A DNA stretch of 64,000 nt from Lama glama (GCA_028534125.1 CM052817.1:108874001-108938000), one strand, 5' to 3'; shown: positions 51,647 through 64,000, numbered from the stretch's first letter. Numbers and translations: made by a program. The notes: generated from the letters alone by a model not told the origin.

Positions 51647-51869
51647 TGCTTTCTTACAAGACCCCTTATGCATAGTAATTTCCTAGCTTTTTCCATTCTG
51701 AGCAACATACTTACTGTCCACGTGTCTGTTTTTAATGGTGGGCTTCCACCCTTGGTGTTCCCAAAAAGGGGCAGATCCACTATTTGCAAGTAACTTCAGG
51801 TCCTCGATTTTCCATTCTTTTGTAATTTCCCTGATACACAATTTTAATTTGTATCCACCTTGAGACTAA

Positions 51870-52710
51870 TTAATGGGTGAACGATTTGAATAGACGTTTC
51901 TCTAAGAAGTTAAGAAAATGTCCAATCAGCACAGGATATGATGCCCAGTCTCATGTTTTAGTAAAATGCAAATAAAAACCACAGAGAGATATCATTTCAC
52001 ACCCAGAAGGAAGGCTGGAATTAAAAAAGATAGACAACATAACAAGTGTTGTCAGGACGTGAAAAAAATAAAACTTTTATTCATCACCAGTGGGTACGTA
52101 ACAGGGAGCAGCTGCTTTGGAAAACACTTTGGCGGTTCCTCAAAATGTTCAAAATAAAGTTCCCCTATGACCCAGTGATTCCAGTCTTAGACCTTTAGTC
52201 AAGAAAAATAAAACCATATGTTCACTTGAAACTTGCACACAAATGATCATAGCAGCATTATTCTAAATAGCCCAAAAGTGGAAACACCCCAAATATCTAT
52301 CAAATCATGAATGAATGAACAAACGTCTTTGGCAATAAAAACGATGAAACATGGATGCACGCTACCACATGGATGAACCTTGAAAACGTTTTGTTAAATG
52401 AGACCAGCCAGGCACAAAATACCGCATAGTGCATGGTTCCAGTTATGGGAAATATCCAGAAAAGGCAAATCCAGAGAGACAAAGCAAGCCAGGCTTGCCA
52501 GGGGCCAGGGGCCAGGGGCCAGGGGGAGGGAGGAACTGGTGTGACTGCTAATGCTGTAATGGAAATGCTGTAGACTTAGACAGTGGTGATAGACTAGCCA
52601 GTGCACACTCTGTGAATGTCCGTTTGAGAATCACTAAATTGCGCACTCTGTAAGAGCCAATTTTATGGTACGTGAATTATATCTCCATTGAACTGTTATT
52701 TAAAAAACAT
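51870..52710 (+). mobile_element. L1MB-type ORF2 end + 3'UTR
   Basis: Translation MQIKTTERYHFTP..NKC. ACATGGATGAACCTTGAAAAC and TATGGTACGTGAATTATATCTC. Confidence 0.88.
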
Positions 52711-52739
52711 TAAAGGGAGCATCTCGGACCCAGAATGAA

Positions 52740-52860
52740 CCTCTAGCAATCATTTGACCTTCATGTCTTTACTCCACAGATGAGGAAACTGATGCCAAAA
52801 ACAGGTAAATTCATTGCATAAGGGCACAACGCTCAGATCAGTTGACTCTGAATTCCGTGC
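52740..52860 (-). mobile_element. MIR fragment
   Basis: ACAGATGAGGAAACTGA..GGTAAATTCATTGC..AGGGCACA. Confidence 0.6.
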
Positions 52861-53524
52861 ATGTCCTGCTCCGTGATGAAGGTTCAGCGTGTGCATAAGG
52901 GTGTCAGAGCATCTGAGATTGCTTAGGTACGTATTTAATATCTAAGCAACATGTCTGATTTCTTTTTTTCAGAGACCCTGGGAAGATCGCCCCATTGGAT
53001 AAGCATTCCAAGCTATGAGCAAGTATCAGTTGGAACTGAAACTCAGGTTTACAATGTCAAGATTTAAAAGCACTTCGGGATTGAGATTTAATACACAGTT
53101 TGCTGGATCCAGACAGACCTGCCTCCTAGTTCTGGTTCAAGTGTGACACATTTCCTCGTAGGACTGATGCGAGATTTTGGTAAAATGTTTATAAAGTATT
53201 TTTCCTTCATGGCAGACACATATTGGGGTCTTATTAAGGGTACATTCCTTTCCTGTCTTCTTGTTTCCTTTGCCCTCCTTAAAACTGAAGTCCTTCTGGA
53301 AAGCATAGAGCATTAAACACATTTTAATAAGATCTTGAACTCACGTATATGACCTCTCAACACTGAGGGTGCCAGGAGTGTAAGGGTCTTAGGTCCCTAA
53401 GTGGGAGGTGGGGTGGGGACAGAGAGAGAGAGAGAAAGAGAGAAGAATGAAGAATTATGCAGCAGAGAGGGAGGCTGGGCAGACTAAGGGCTACCTCAAT
53501 TTAGGTTGTGATGTATCTGGACAT

Positions 53525-53930
53525 ATGTAAATGTACCATTTTTACCATTTTTAGGTGTACCACCCTCTGGCATTAAGTACAGTCACAACATTGTGCAACC
53601 ACCACTGCTGTCCTTTTCTGGAACCTTTCTCATCTTCCCAAACAGAAACTCTGTACCCATTAAACAGTAACTCCCCCTTCCCTCCTCCCCGCCTCCCCCC
53701 AGTGCCCAGGAAACGCTAGTATACTTTTTGTCTCTGAATTTGCTTTTTCTAGGTACCTCGTGTAAGTGGAATGACACTGCATTTGTCCTTTTGTGTCAAG
53801 ATGCATCCACGTTGTAACACGTGTCAGAATTTCATTGCTCATTAAGGCTGAATAATGTTCCATTGGATGTATGTACCACGTTTTGTTTACACTCACCTGT
53901 TGATGAATATTTGGGTTGTGTCCACCATGT
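53525..53930 (-). mobile_element. L1MB-type 3' fragment
   Basis: ACATTGTGCAACCACCAC..AGAAACTCTGTACCCATTAAACAGTAACTCCCC. Confidence 0.88.
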
Positions 53931-54096
53931 TGTTCCATCTTAAACAAGAAAAGTTTATCATCCATCATTCCATGGTGACTGACAGTCCTCCCCTTCCCTC
54001 TCTTTCCTTTTAGCAAGGGACCTTGGAAGACTCAAAATCAACTGACCCTCCGCAGCAGACAGAATGAGAGTTCCTTTCCTTGTGGAGTACATTTTT

Positions 54097-54738
54097 CTTC
54101 CTTTTTTATTGAAGTATAGTCAGTTTACAATGTTGTGTCATTTTCTGGTGTATTGCATCATGTCCCAGTCATGCATACACATACATATAATCCTTTTCAT
54201 ATTCTTTTTCATTAAAGGTTATTACAAGATATTGAATATAGTTCTCTGGGCTATCTAGAAGAAATTTTTTAAATCTATTTTTATATATAGTGTCTAACAT
54301 TTGCAATTCTCAAACTCCCAAATTTATCCCTTCCTGCCACCTTTCCCTATGTAGCCATAAGATTGTTTACTATGTCTGTGAGTCTGTTTCTGTTTTGTAA
54401 ATGTTAATTTGTGTCATACTTTAGATTCCACATATGAGTGATATCATATGGTATTTTTCTTTCTCCTTCTGACTTACTTCACTTAGTATGAAAGTCTCTT
54501 GGTCAATCCATGTTGCTGCTACATTATTTCATTCCTTTTTATGACTGAGTAGTATTCCATTGTATAAATATATCACATCTTCTTTATCCAGTCATCTGTC
54601 AATGGACATTTAGGTTGCTTCCATGTCTTGGCTATCGTATATAGTGCTGCTGTGAACATTGGGGTGCATGTGTGTTTTGGAATTAGAGTTCCTTTCAAAC
54701 ATATGCCCAGGAGTGGGGTTACCAGACCACAGGGTAAG
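54097..54738 (-). mobile_element. Camelid-type L1, 5'-truncated
   Basis: TTTTATTGAAGTATAGTCAGTTTACAATG..TTAGATTCCACATATGAGTG..TATGCCCAGGAGTGGG. Degenerate TSD GTGGAGTACATTTT / GTGGGGTCAATTTT. Confidence 0.93.
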
Positions 54739-55781
54739 TGTGGGGTCAATTTTATGATAATCTATGAGCAGAACAGAGTTCACACCACTTGTCTTTCCTG
54801 GTTTCCTCTTCTCTGCCCCTAACAGTGGGTCTACCTCTTCCTGCTTCCAACCTGCTCCTCAGACACCATTTCCACCAAAGTTGTTGAGCACATTCAGCTC
54901 AAGTCTTGTGTCTTTTTTCTAAACTTTGACTCAGTACAGTCAAACTTTCATTTAATTTCCTATCAACAGAAGAAAGTGTGTTAGATAACTTTTGACCTTT
55001 CATAAAATTGAAAGATGGGAGTTTGCTACATGCTAGTTAATTACATTCATTCAATCTCTGATTCTCAATCAAAGGAAAGTGAAGTTCTCTATTTTGCTTT
55101 ATTGCAAATTAAGAAAATAGAATCCTAACATAAGTAGTGAGAGTTATCTTCCCCTATTTCAGAATATAAATGAAGGTTAAGAAATTTTCTTTTTAATTTC
55201 TGCCTTCACCAAAAAGCCTCCTTCTCATGCATTTTCAGATGCAGGATTTCTAAACTATACCAGCTGTAACAAAAGAAGTCAGAAACAACACAAAACTGAA
55301 ATCTAGTGGCAAATAAGACCAAGCGTATATGTGTGTCTATTTCATTATTTGCATATCTGTGTTTTTATCATAGTTTAGATTCGCATGGAATAAAATAAAT
55401 AAACTCTTCACAATGTAATTCCTCCATTGCAAAATAGATAAGGTTCAAAACTACAACCAAACAGAAGGCAAGACTGCATTATTGTGAGGTTAATGTGATC
55501 ACTGCAGTGAGCTTGAATATCAAGCTAGATGGAGAATCCTGGGAACTTGACTGCCTCCTGCTTTGAAAAAGGAATTTTCTGCTCTTTTCTGTCTAGATCT
55601 TGCTATTCTCTCTAAATCTCCCCTTAATCTAAGTGTCCAGAAGGAAGGAATTTCAGACTGCCTGTATTTGAGAACGCCAGTGGGGCACAAAGCCAGTTGC
55701 CAATTGCATTACATTCAAATTTGCATCATTTCTGAGTGTGTAATGTCAGGATTCTCCTGTTCTGAGTAAATATCACCCCCT

Positions 55782-55833
55782 ACACACACACACACCCACA
55801 CCCACCCACACCCACCCACACACACACACACAC
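55782..55833 (+). repeat. (CA)n/(CACC)n microsatellite
   Basis: Directly visible. Confidence 0.95.
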
Positions 55834-56299
55834 GTGTATTTATTTAACAACAGGAAAATACTGTTTTTGTCTTTTATACGCAAAGTTGTTTAAATCTTGA
55901 ACTGAATTCACATCAGTCCCCACTCTTGCTTTTTAAAATCAAGATTTCTTAAAGCAGTCCTTTCAAGCTGTCTTGGTCCAATCACTTCTGAAGAAAATTG
56001 CTGCTTAACTATTAATTCAGCAATTACTGTAGTCAGAGGCTTCAATTTGATTCAAAATAATGCATAGTGAGTAAAATATGGCACATGATCGACATCCAGG
56101 AAACATTCACTGAATTATTGAAATGTGAGTGCAGGGCTCATACTGAATCAGAGCTGCAGGACTTCCAAACAGCCCTCACAGCGTCACAGCGACGACCATG
56201 AACGTGCAGGAGATCCACGTGGAGTGTGGCAGTTTCCTCGAGTGCAGTCACCATCATGGGTTCCCGCTTTGAGATGCCGTAGGCGAGGGAGGTTAACTG

Positions 56300-56420
56300 C
56301 TTTCGATTCTAGAACAAGGCTGACTTCCAGTCTTGTCCTCTTGTCCTCAGCCTCATCGTCTGTGAAATGTAGGTAATAACGGTGCCTGCCCTGCGGGAGG
56401 TCGCAGGGTGAGAGTCACCT
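56300..56420 (+). mobile_element. MIR fragment
   Basis: CCTCAGCCTCATCGTCTGTGAAATG..AATAACGGTGCCTGCCCTGCGGG. Confidence 0.6.
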
Positions 56421-56630
56421 ACAGACATACAGAGTCTGTACAGATACAGATGTACGCAAGCCTAGAAGTGTATATTACATACATCAATATATAATGTCAG
56501 ATAAAATGGCTGTTTAGGCATTTCTCTCTCTCTTCCTCTCTGTTTCTTCCGTTTGCCTGGGTTAAATTACAGAAATCAGCATTTACAAATCTATAAATGG
56601 TCCATGATAAATCTGATATAAATCACAACC

Positions 56631-56728
56631 TTTTTTTTTTATTGAAGTATAGTCAGTTACAACGTGTTAATTTCTGGTGTGCAGCACCATGTCCCAGTCA
56701 TGCACATACACACATAGATTCGTTTTCA
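56631..56728 (-). mobile_element. Short L1 3' tail insertion
   Basis: T-run then ATTGAAGTATAGTCAGTTACAAC..TGTCCCAGTCATGCAC. Confidence 0.85.
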
Positions 56729-57984
56729 GTCATTTTTAATCCACAGCTCACTTGCAGATTCCGGTCTCTGTGGCCCTTCTGCTGGCATTCCCCTTATCTG
56801 AATAATCCGACTGTCCCAAAGGAACTCACTGCTTTATGAATCTGAGAGGAGCCGGGGTAGCATCAGGCATCTGCAGAGTTCAGTAGGGCTTTGTCCACAA
56901 GAACTCTCTCCCACCTCCATGTGTTCCACACACCCCACGTGTGGCCATGGTGATCACGATTATCCACTGAGTGATGAGTATTTGCCCGTTTATCCATCAT
57001 ACTTAAAAATGGGAATGTTTTACCCATTATTCTCAGAGGTGCTGAGAATGAAAAAGATTAAATAAATGTTCCAAAGTCAAACTGCAGACAGAAGGGAGGG
57101 GTTCAACGTCTCGGTCCCCGGCACGAACAGCCAGCCACCTGCCCTCTGCTACAACACATATTTCTTTTGCGGGTTTGTGTTCAGCTCTGCTGTGTCCCTG
57201 GCTCTGGTCTGTTGTTTTCCCTAAACTTGCAGCCTCGTGCCGTGTTTTGTTGCCCTGATCCGGTTGCTTCCTCTCTCCTGGCGTGGTCCTCCTGAGTTGT
57301 GTGCACATGCTGTGATCTCACCTCTGCCCTTTGACCTGAAGACCTGGCCAGAGACACTTCCACAGTTTCAGTGGGAACAGCCTGTCTTCCCAGGGACCCC
57401 TTTACACCTCCTTGACCCCCGGGTCTTTCTAACAACAATGACATGACAGGCGGAGGGGGGAGCACTCTGACTCTTCCAAAGTTCATATGATGGCTTTTAG
57501 TGAACTGGGAAACTTCTGCCCCAAATGCCGTTGAGCTCCCCTGTAAGTAAGCACAGCCCATCTGCTACCTTCACATTTCACTCTAACTGGGTGCTATTTA
57601 TTTAATTAGCACAGTTCCTGTTACATTTATTTTGCCTCAAAGAACCAAAATGGTTTGGGAAATTCCATGCTAATTGAATCTAAGATGGATAATCTTGCCA
57701 TAAATCCGTCTCATGGGCTATGATTTTTCAACAGCAAGAAAGTAAAAAGATTGATTTTCCTGGGATCTCTATAAAGGAATTCTTTGCATGTAAAATGACA
57801 ACTCTGCCTTCCACTTTCCCCAAAAGGCAAATACCTGGGTGAAAATAATCAATAAATAGGATACTTCCATTTTTTAAGTTACACAAGCAACACAAACACA
57901 TTGTCTAACAATATAAATTACAGATGAACGAAAAGAAAAATACAGGTGTCCATGGTGAATGTTCTAAAGTTTCTTTATGCAATT

Positions 57985-59030
57985 TTTTTCCCTTTTTTTT
58001 GCTGTGGTAGAATACAAAAAACATAGCATCTTAACTGTTCTTATGTGTACAGTTGAATGATATTAAATATACTTACAATGGGCTACATTACCACCAGAAC
58101 TCTGCATCTTGTAAAACTGAAACTCTGTATCCATTAAATAGTAACTCTTCATTTCCACCTCCCCCCAGCTCCGGGCAATCACCATGCCATTCTCTGTCTC
58201 TGATTTTTGAGTACCCTAAGTACTTCATATAAGAGGAATTACATAGTGTTTGTATTTGGGGGACTGGTTTATTACACTGAGCATAATGTCCTCAAGGTTC
58301 ATCCGTGCAGTAGCACGTCAGAATTTCCTTTCTTCTTAAGGCTGAATAATCGGTATATATACACGGTATACACACACCACAGTTTGTCTCCCATCCACAT
58401 GTTGATGGACACTTAGGTTGCACCCATGTTTCAGCTACTGTGAATAATGCTTCTGTGACAGGGTGTACAAATCTCTCTTCAGGAGTGTGGGTATAATTCC
58501 CTCAGTGTACACCCAGAAACAGAATTGCTACATCATATGATAATTCTATTTTTAATTCTTTGAGGAAGCGCCATGCTGTTTCCTGCAGCAGCTGCACCAT
58601 TTTACATTCCCACCTACAGTGCACAAAGTTCCAATTTCTCCACATCCTCACCAATACTTGTTTCTGGTTTTTCAGGTGGAAGAATGGTTGTGAGGTGGCA
58701 TCTAATTGTAGTTTTGATTTGTACTTCCTTAATACTTAGTGATGCCGAGTATCTTTTCATGTCCTCATTGACCATCTGTATATCTTCCTCGGAGAAATGT
58801 CTATTCACGTCCTTTGACCATTTTTGAATTAGGTTGCCGGTTTTTCATGTTGTTGAATTTTAGAAGTTGTCAACATACACTGGATATTAATCCCTTATTA
58901 GATTAATATATATTGATTAATATATTAATGTATTAATAATATATTAATCCCTTATTAAATATATGTGATTAGTGAATATTTTCTCCCATTGTGTGGGTTG
59001 ACATTTTATGCTGGTTAACCATGTCCTGTT
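57985..59030 (-). mobile_element. L1MA/MB-type 3'UTR + ORF2 end
   Basis: Minus ORF 58614-58808 ([23 protein letters not shown]) is L1 ORF2. Confidence 0.9.
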
Positions 59031-59329
59031 ATCCTATAACATTTATAACATTTATTCTAAAACGTTTAGAGTTGGAATAAATCTAAAAAATTCCAAACAC
59101 TTGAGAATATAAGACTATATTTCTTTATCACAATGTAAATGTATTGGAAATTAATATAAGAAGATAAATTTATTAATTTTATGTGTTTAGAATTTTTATT
59201 AAATAAACTTCTAAATAAACCAGGAGACAAAGAATGAAATATTATGCAAACTAGTAAATACTTAGAATTGACTGCAAAGAATAATAACACATATAAAAAC
59301 AGTATTTAGAGAAAACATTAAATGCTTAT

Positions 59330-59900
59330 TTGTTAAAAATTTGGCCTAAAGATTGATTTGAGCATATAATTAAAAAGTTAAGAACTTAGGAAACCAGCAA
59401 TAATTTGAAAAAAGGTAAGTTATAAGAATCGTAATTAATGCAAAGGCAAAAGGAGATTAATAATGAGGAGAAATTCAACGAGCCAAAGATGACCTTGGAA
59501 AAGACTGAAAAACAGACAAACCTCTGGCAAGACCCTCAGATCACTTTACTGATGATCCACATATTATTTCATTAGTGTTAAGACTGGATAGAGACTACAT
59601 TGAAAAGGGAAATTAAATTCAGTCTCATTGATGAACAGATATGCAAAAATCCTAAAAATGTTTTAGCAAATTGAATTCAGGATGGAGTCAATAGACAAAT
59701 CATGAATTTTAATTAATTCCTGGAATGCAAGGAAAAATTAACATTAGTCAAATGGAATTCTTATGGACTAGGGAAGAAATATTCATATGGTCATTTCCAT
59801 AGAAGCAAAAAAAGCATGCATACAATTTTATCGTCATAATAATATCCTAGCCAATTTGGTTAAATGATTTTTTCCTTAACCCAAAAAAGAGTATTAGAGT
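59330..59900 (+). mobile_element. Old L1 ORF2 fragments
   Basis: ACAGACAAACCTCTGGCAAGAC, GATATGCAAAAATCCTAAAAA, CCTGGAATGCAAGG. Confidence 0.6.
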
Positions 59901-60120
59901 TGTGCTGATTATCTACCCAAATGTGTGCTTTCTTCTTTCCTCCGTAGAAATAGAACTGAAGCTATGCATAATAGTTCCTCTGCTAAAGATATTTCTTAAG
60001 TATCCTTGAAATTAAAGGTAAAGATGGAACCAAGTTTTCAGCAATAAAATGTGACCAAAAGTCATATGTTCCACTTTCTTGTTGGGAACTGACACATTGG
60101 TTGGACTTCTTCTATTTTGT
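59901..60120 (-). mobile_element. MLT1-like LTR fragment
   Basis: AATAGAAC..ACCAAGTTTTCAGCAATAAAATGTGA..AAGTCATATGTTCCACTTTC. Confidence 0.5.
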
Positions 60121-60124
60121 CTCC

Positions 60125-60620
60125 TTTTTTCTGAAACAGCTTTATTGAGAAGTAGTTTATACACCAAAACCTGTATGTATTTAATGTGTGCAATTTGATG
60201 AGTTTGGGCTTATGCATAAACCCATGAAAAAAAATCATCATAGTCAAGGCAGTAGATACATCCACCACCTGCAAAAGTTTCTTTGCTTCCCTTTGGTTTT
60301 ATCATTTTGCTTGTTTGTGTGTGTGTGTGTGTGTGTGTGGTAAGAACATTTAACGTGTTCATTGCAGCCTTGTTCACAATAGCCGAGTTATGGAAACAAC
60401 CCAAGTGTCCATTGACGGGGAATGGATGAAGAAAATATGGTATATACATACAATGGAATAGTATAAAAAGAAGGAAATCTTGCCATTGGTAACAACATGG
60501 TTGAGCCTAGAGCATGTTATGTTAAGCAAATAAGAAAAAAAGGCCCATACTGCATGATTGCACTTCTAGGAGGGACCTAGAGTATCCAGTCTTGTCGAAG
60601 CAGAGGACAGAATGGTGTTT
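60125..60620 (-). mobile_element. L1MA-type insertion with 5' inversion
   Basis: 60125-60353 is antisense 3' end with (TG)n. 60354-60620 is sense ORF2 end (GTTCATTGCAGC..GGAAACAACCCAAGTGTCC). Flanks TCTCCTTTT / TCTCCCTTT. Confidence 0.8.
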
Positions 60621-60694
60621 CTCCCTTTGGTCTACGGAAACTCAGACCTTCCTGGACCCAGGTAAAGCGGTGCCTATTCTTATAATGCCTTAAG

Positions 60695-61155
60695 CAGCAA
60701 TTTCCTAACCTGAGGGTCATGGGACCAAGGGTTCCGTGGATAGAAGCAGGGTCTGTGAGCCTGAACGGGGTAAATTACACCCTTATTTTTCCCTAACTTT
60801 TAACTATAATATAGCGTTTCCTTCTATCATGAAGGCAGACTACAAACTACATGTGTAGTAGCAGAATTTGTGAGTTTGTTATGAATAGAAAGCACAGATA
60901 TTTTCATATCCCAGGTATCTTAAAATAGAGTTAATGATTATTATTTCTCCAGAATTTTGAAAGCTACTGCTATATATTGTATTTAATTCACAAAGGAAAA
61001 AAAAAAGGCACATTAATATGTCACAAATTTGGTAGCTTTGTAATTGGACAACATATTTTTCAATATAACTGGTTGTTCTTTCAATGTCACTATTTTATTT
61101 TGTGCACTTAAAAGAATTACTTTGATTTGGAGCCCATGGGCTTCACAGAAAGCCA
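60695..61155 (+). mobile_element. Charlie4-like hAT DNA transposon remnant
   Basis: CCTAACCTGAGGGTC..CCGTGGATAGAA..AATTACAC..CACAGATATTTTCATATC..TTCAATATAACTGG..GGCTTCAC. Confidence 0.7.
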
Positions 61156-61159
61156 TCAT

Positions 61160-62340
61160 CTTCTTCTGAGAGAAAAATAACTATGATAGAACCAGATTCT
61201 GGACACATTTTGATTTGTTTCTGAACTGAACATGGGGAGTGAGAGAAAGAGTGAAAGATAAATTCAGTTTTGAACGGAGCAGCTGGGAAAATGGTGCTGA
61301 CATTTACTGGCTCAGGGGCAGCTGGCTTCAGGAGGAGTTCAGTTTGAGACGTGTTGAGATTGGATGCCTAACAGTCACCCGTCTTGGCTGGCAGTGTGCA
61401 TTTGGGGGTCACTGGCATGTTAACATCACTTAAAAACATGAGATCGACACTTAGAGGCAGAGTTTAAACAGAATGAGAAGTCAAAGAACTCAGCCCTGTG
61501 AGCCAACCACAACTAGCAGATTTGGTAGAGGAGGAGACAGCACCAAACATGAGTGGGAAGTACCCACTAAATGGCAAGAGAAGGGCCAAGTATGTCCAGA
61601 GAGCTGGTCCAGCGCGGTGAGGGCTGAGAACCATGTAAGCAGTGGGCAGTGACTGAAGACCTGGGCGAGAGGCAAGGGTGGAAAATGCAAGTAAAGAAGA
61701 TTCCAAAGACCACGGGAGGAGAGAGACTGGCATGCGGGTTAGACGTTACTCTGGGGAAGAGTTTTGCTGTAAATGGAAGAAAGGAAAGAGGGTGATCGTT
61801 GGAACAGGTAAGGAGTGAAAAGCGTTGTTTTTGTTTGTTTTGTCTTGATGTAATAAAGGAGAGCAGTAGCCTGTATGTGTGGTGAGGAAGAGGAAATACA
61901 GGAAGAAAAACGATGAGGCACCAGAGGAAGGAAAGAAATGCTATGACAATGTCCTCAGCAGGCACACAGGACCGGCTCTGATTACAGAAGGAGGTGTCGT
62001 CCTGGTTAGGGGCGCAGACAGCGCGTTCATCGCCCAGGAGGGAGCGGAAAGCAAGCACGCCCAGATGCGCTCCTGCACCGGCTCTGATGGCAGCTTGATT
62101 CTCGGTGAAATAGAAACTGAGCTCATCAGCTGAGAGTGCAGATGATGAGAGAGGCGGTGAAGATTTCAGAAGAGAAGAGAGACTGTAACGCAGCTAATTT
62201 GGAGAGTTGAGGAGGGGGTTCACTAAAGATCAGCTAATAAACTTCAAGCGAGGCCAGCTGGCGCGGGTACCATGTGTGCGCTTCCTCCAACCACGGTCGC
62301 CCGACTACAGCGTAGGTGGAGGGTCGAATTTAACAGCAGC
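61160..62340 (-). mobile_element. L2 fragment (ORF2 region)
   Basis: GAGTTCAGTTTGAGACGTGTTGAG..GGAAGAGTTTTGCTGTAAATGGAAG is the antisense L2 pattern. Confidence 0.75.
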
Positions 62341-63519
62341 ACCGTAACTGCCATGAAGTAAAGGGTCTGCTTTTGTGTATGCGAGTGAGTTCACACTTAG
62401 CCCCAAGCACTCCGCATTCAGGCTGGAACCTACAAACCTTGTCGAAGAATACAGATTTAGAAATTGTATTCACCTTTTACATCTTCATTTAAAGTACATC
62501 TAAAAGTAGTTATTTATTGTTCACTTTACAGAGTCCAAAGAAATTTTTTGTCTACCCCTTTTTATTTAAAAACAAGAGCGAGTAAAAGAAAACTATGCTT
62601 ATTGTTACATAAGAGCAGAAATATGTGATGGAAAACAACATTTGTTAAAACAACTAAATTTTAAAGGGGGAACAAGAAAAGTGAAGGACTTTGAGGTACC
62701 ATGAATAAAATAAACCCCCAGTCAGGCTCTTGAGATCATACAAAGACAATATAGCATTGATACCTAGTGCTTATTTAAAGTCAAAAATGATGTGTACAAG
62801 GAAAGATGCTATAAAGGATTACAATGCAATTGCCTTGGTATAATTAGCAACCTGCTATAATTAATGACTACTTAGAATTCACAGAAGAATCCACATTTAA
62901 ATACTGTCATTTTTAGAAAAACTAAAAGCATGACATCCAGAAGGTAATTGTTTCAGCAAATAAAAATATTAGCTTTTCATCACCACCATCAACACATGTT
63001 CACACCATCTGTTCATTCAGACCAACATGAAAATTTGCAGAATACGATGGAATGATGAGTAAGTCTAATGAGGATCATAAGCCTGGCTGTAGCAATGAGA
63101 AACCAAAGAAACAGCAACAAGGAGCCGACTCAGTAGGTGAGCGCTGGTGCTGCATGTACTGTGTACATTTGATGCTTGTATCTATGAAATTTGATAATAA
63201 TGCTCAATAGGATCCTGTGACATATTCCCCTTCGTATTTGTGGATGTTCCCACAACCCCCTTCAGCACTGCGCCGCCTCACCCTCCAGCCTCCCAAGACA
63301 AACACAGACACGCCCCCTAAACCACGTTTCTTGAGCAAACATAGAAGTTTGCCTTTTACGTTTTTGCGCCTCTAGGAGCCCAGCATAGTCCCTTTTCTGA
63401 AGAGGGCAGCAGCCTGTGCCAATCACCTGAAGCACGAGGATCGATACACAGAACCAAATTCAGCATCAACGGCTTCATCTTCCAGTTTTCAAATCTGAGT
63501 AAGGGGTTGTTATGGTTTG

Positions 63520-64000
63520 TTTTTAAAGGATTCTGTTTTGGGGTCATATCAAATTAATCATTGCTTAAGCCAAGTTCATAAAAATGTTTCTATTGTTTTC
63601 TTCTACAAGTTTTATTGTTGCAACTTTAAATTTAGGTCTGGGATCCATTTATATTATATTTGTATGTATGATGTAAGAGATCTGCCCAAGTTCAGTGTGT
63701 GTGTGTGTGTGTGTGTGTGTGCGCAATCATTTGTGGGAAGTCTACCACCCTCCCCACTGAATTCCATTGGCATCTTTGATAAAAATCAGTTCACCACAAA
63801 TGAACAGATTTATTTTGGGGGTTCTCAATTCTACTCTGCTTCTCTTTATGTCTGTAAATAGTAGACATACCCTGCAATATCTTGATTAGTGTAACTTACA
63901 GCAAGCTTTGAATTCAGGTAGTGTAAATTCACCAACTTAGTTCTTCTTTATCAAAATGGTTTTGTCATTCTAAATTCTTCATGTTTCTCTGTAAATATTA
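63520..64000 (-). mobile_element. Old L1 ORF2 fragment with (TG)n
   Basis: TTTAGGTCTGGGATCCATTT..GAAGTCTACC..TCTTGATTAGTGTAAC..GAATTCAGGTAGTGT. Confidence 0.8.

Noticed and set aside
63261..63281. REST/RE1 site (TTCAGCAC)
   Set aside because: Only the left half matches. GGACAG is missing.
1..64000. CRISPR array, operon or prokaryote-type defence system
   Set aside because: The DNA is mammalian, with no regularly spaced repeats or dense long ORFs.

Overview
This is mammalian, repeat-rich non-coding DNA (intergenic or deep intronic), most likely camelid. That call rests on tRNA-Ala-like SINEs of the vic-1 type (GGGGAGGG..AGCTCAGTGGTAGAGTG..CTTAGCATGCAC..GGTCCTGGGTTCAATCCCC) and cetartiodactyl-type L1 3' ends. 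I find no supportable cellular protein-coding gene. The only recognisable translations are L1 ORF2 C-terminal fragments. Much of the window is layered transposon debris: young 5'-truncated L1s with clear target-site duplications (TSDs), two twin-primed 5'-inverted L1s, nested L1s, old L1M/L2/MIR, ERV1 solo LTRs, MLT1, MER3 and Charlie4-like DNA elements. I could not identify a new multi-gene system. The best leads are a candidate recursive splice site (38206-38214), a candidate + strand lncRNA exon next to a CpG/G4-rich patch (34.7-35.6 kb), a perfect ChoRE (CACGTG-N5-CACGTG), RFX X-boxes, an OAS1-type ISRE and local AT-to-GC substitution bursts suggesting GC-biased gene conversion. Family names are from memory of consensus sequences, not a database search, and boundaries of old repeats are approximate.
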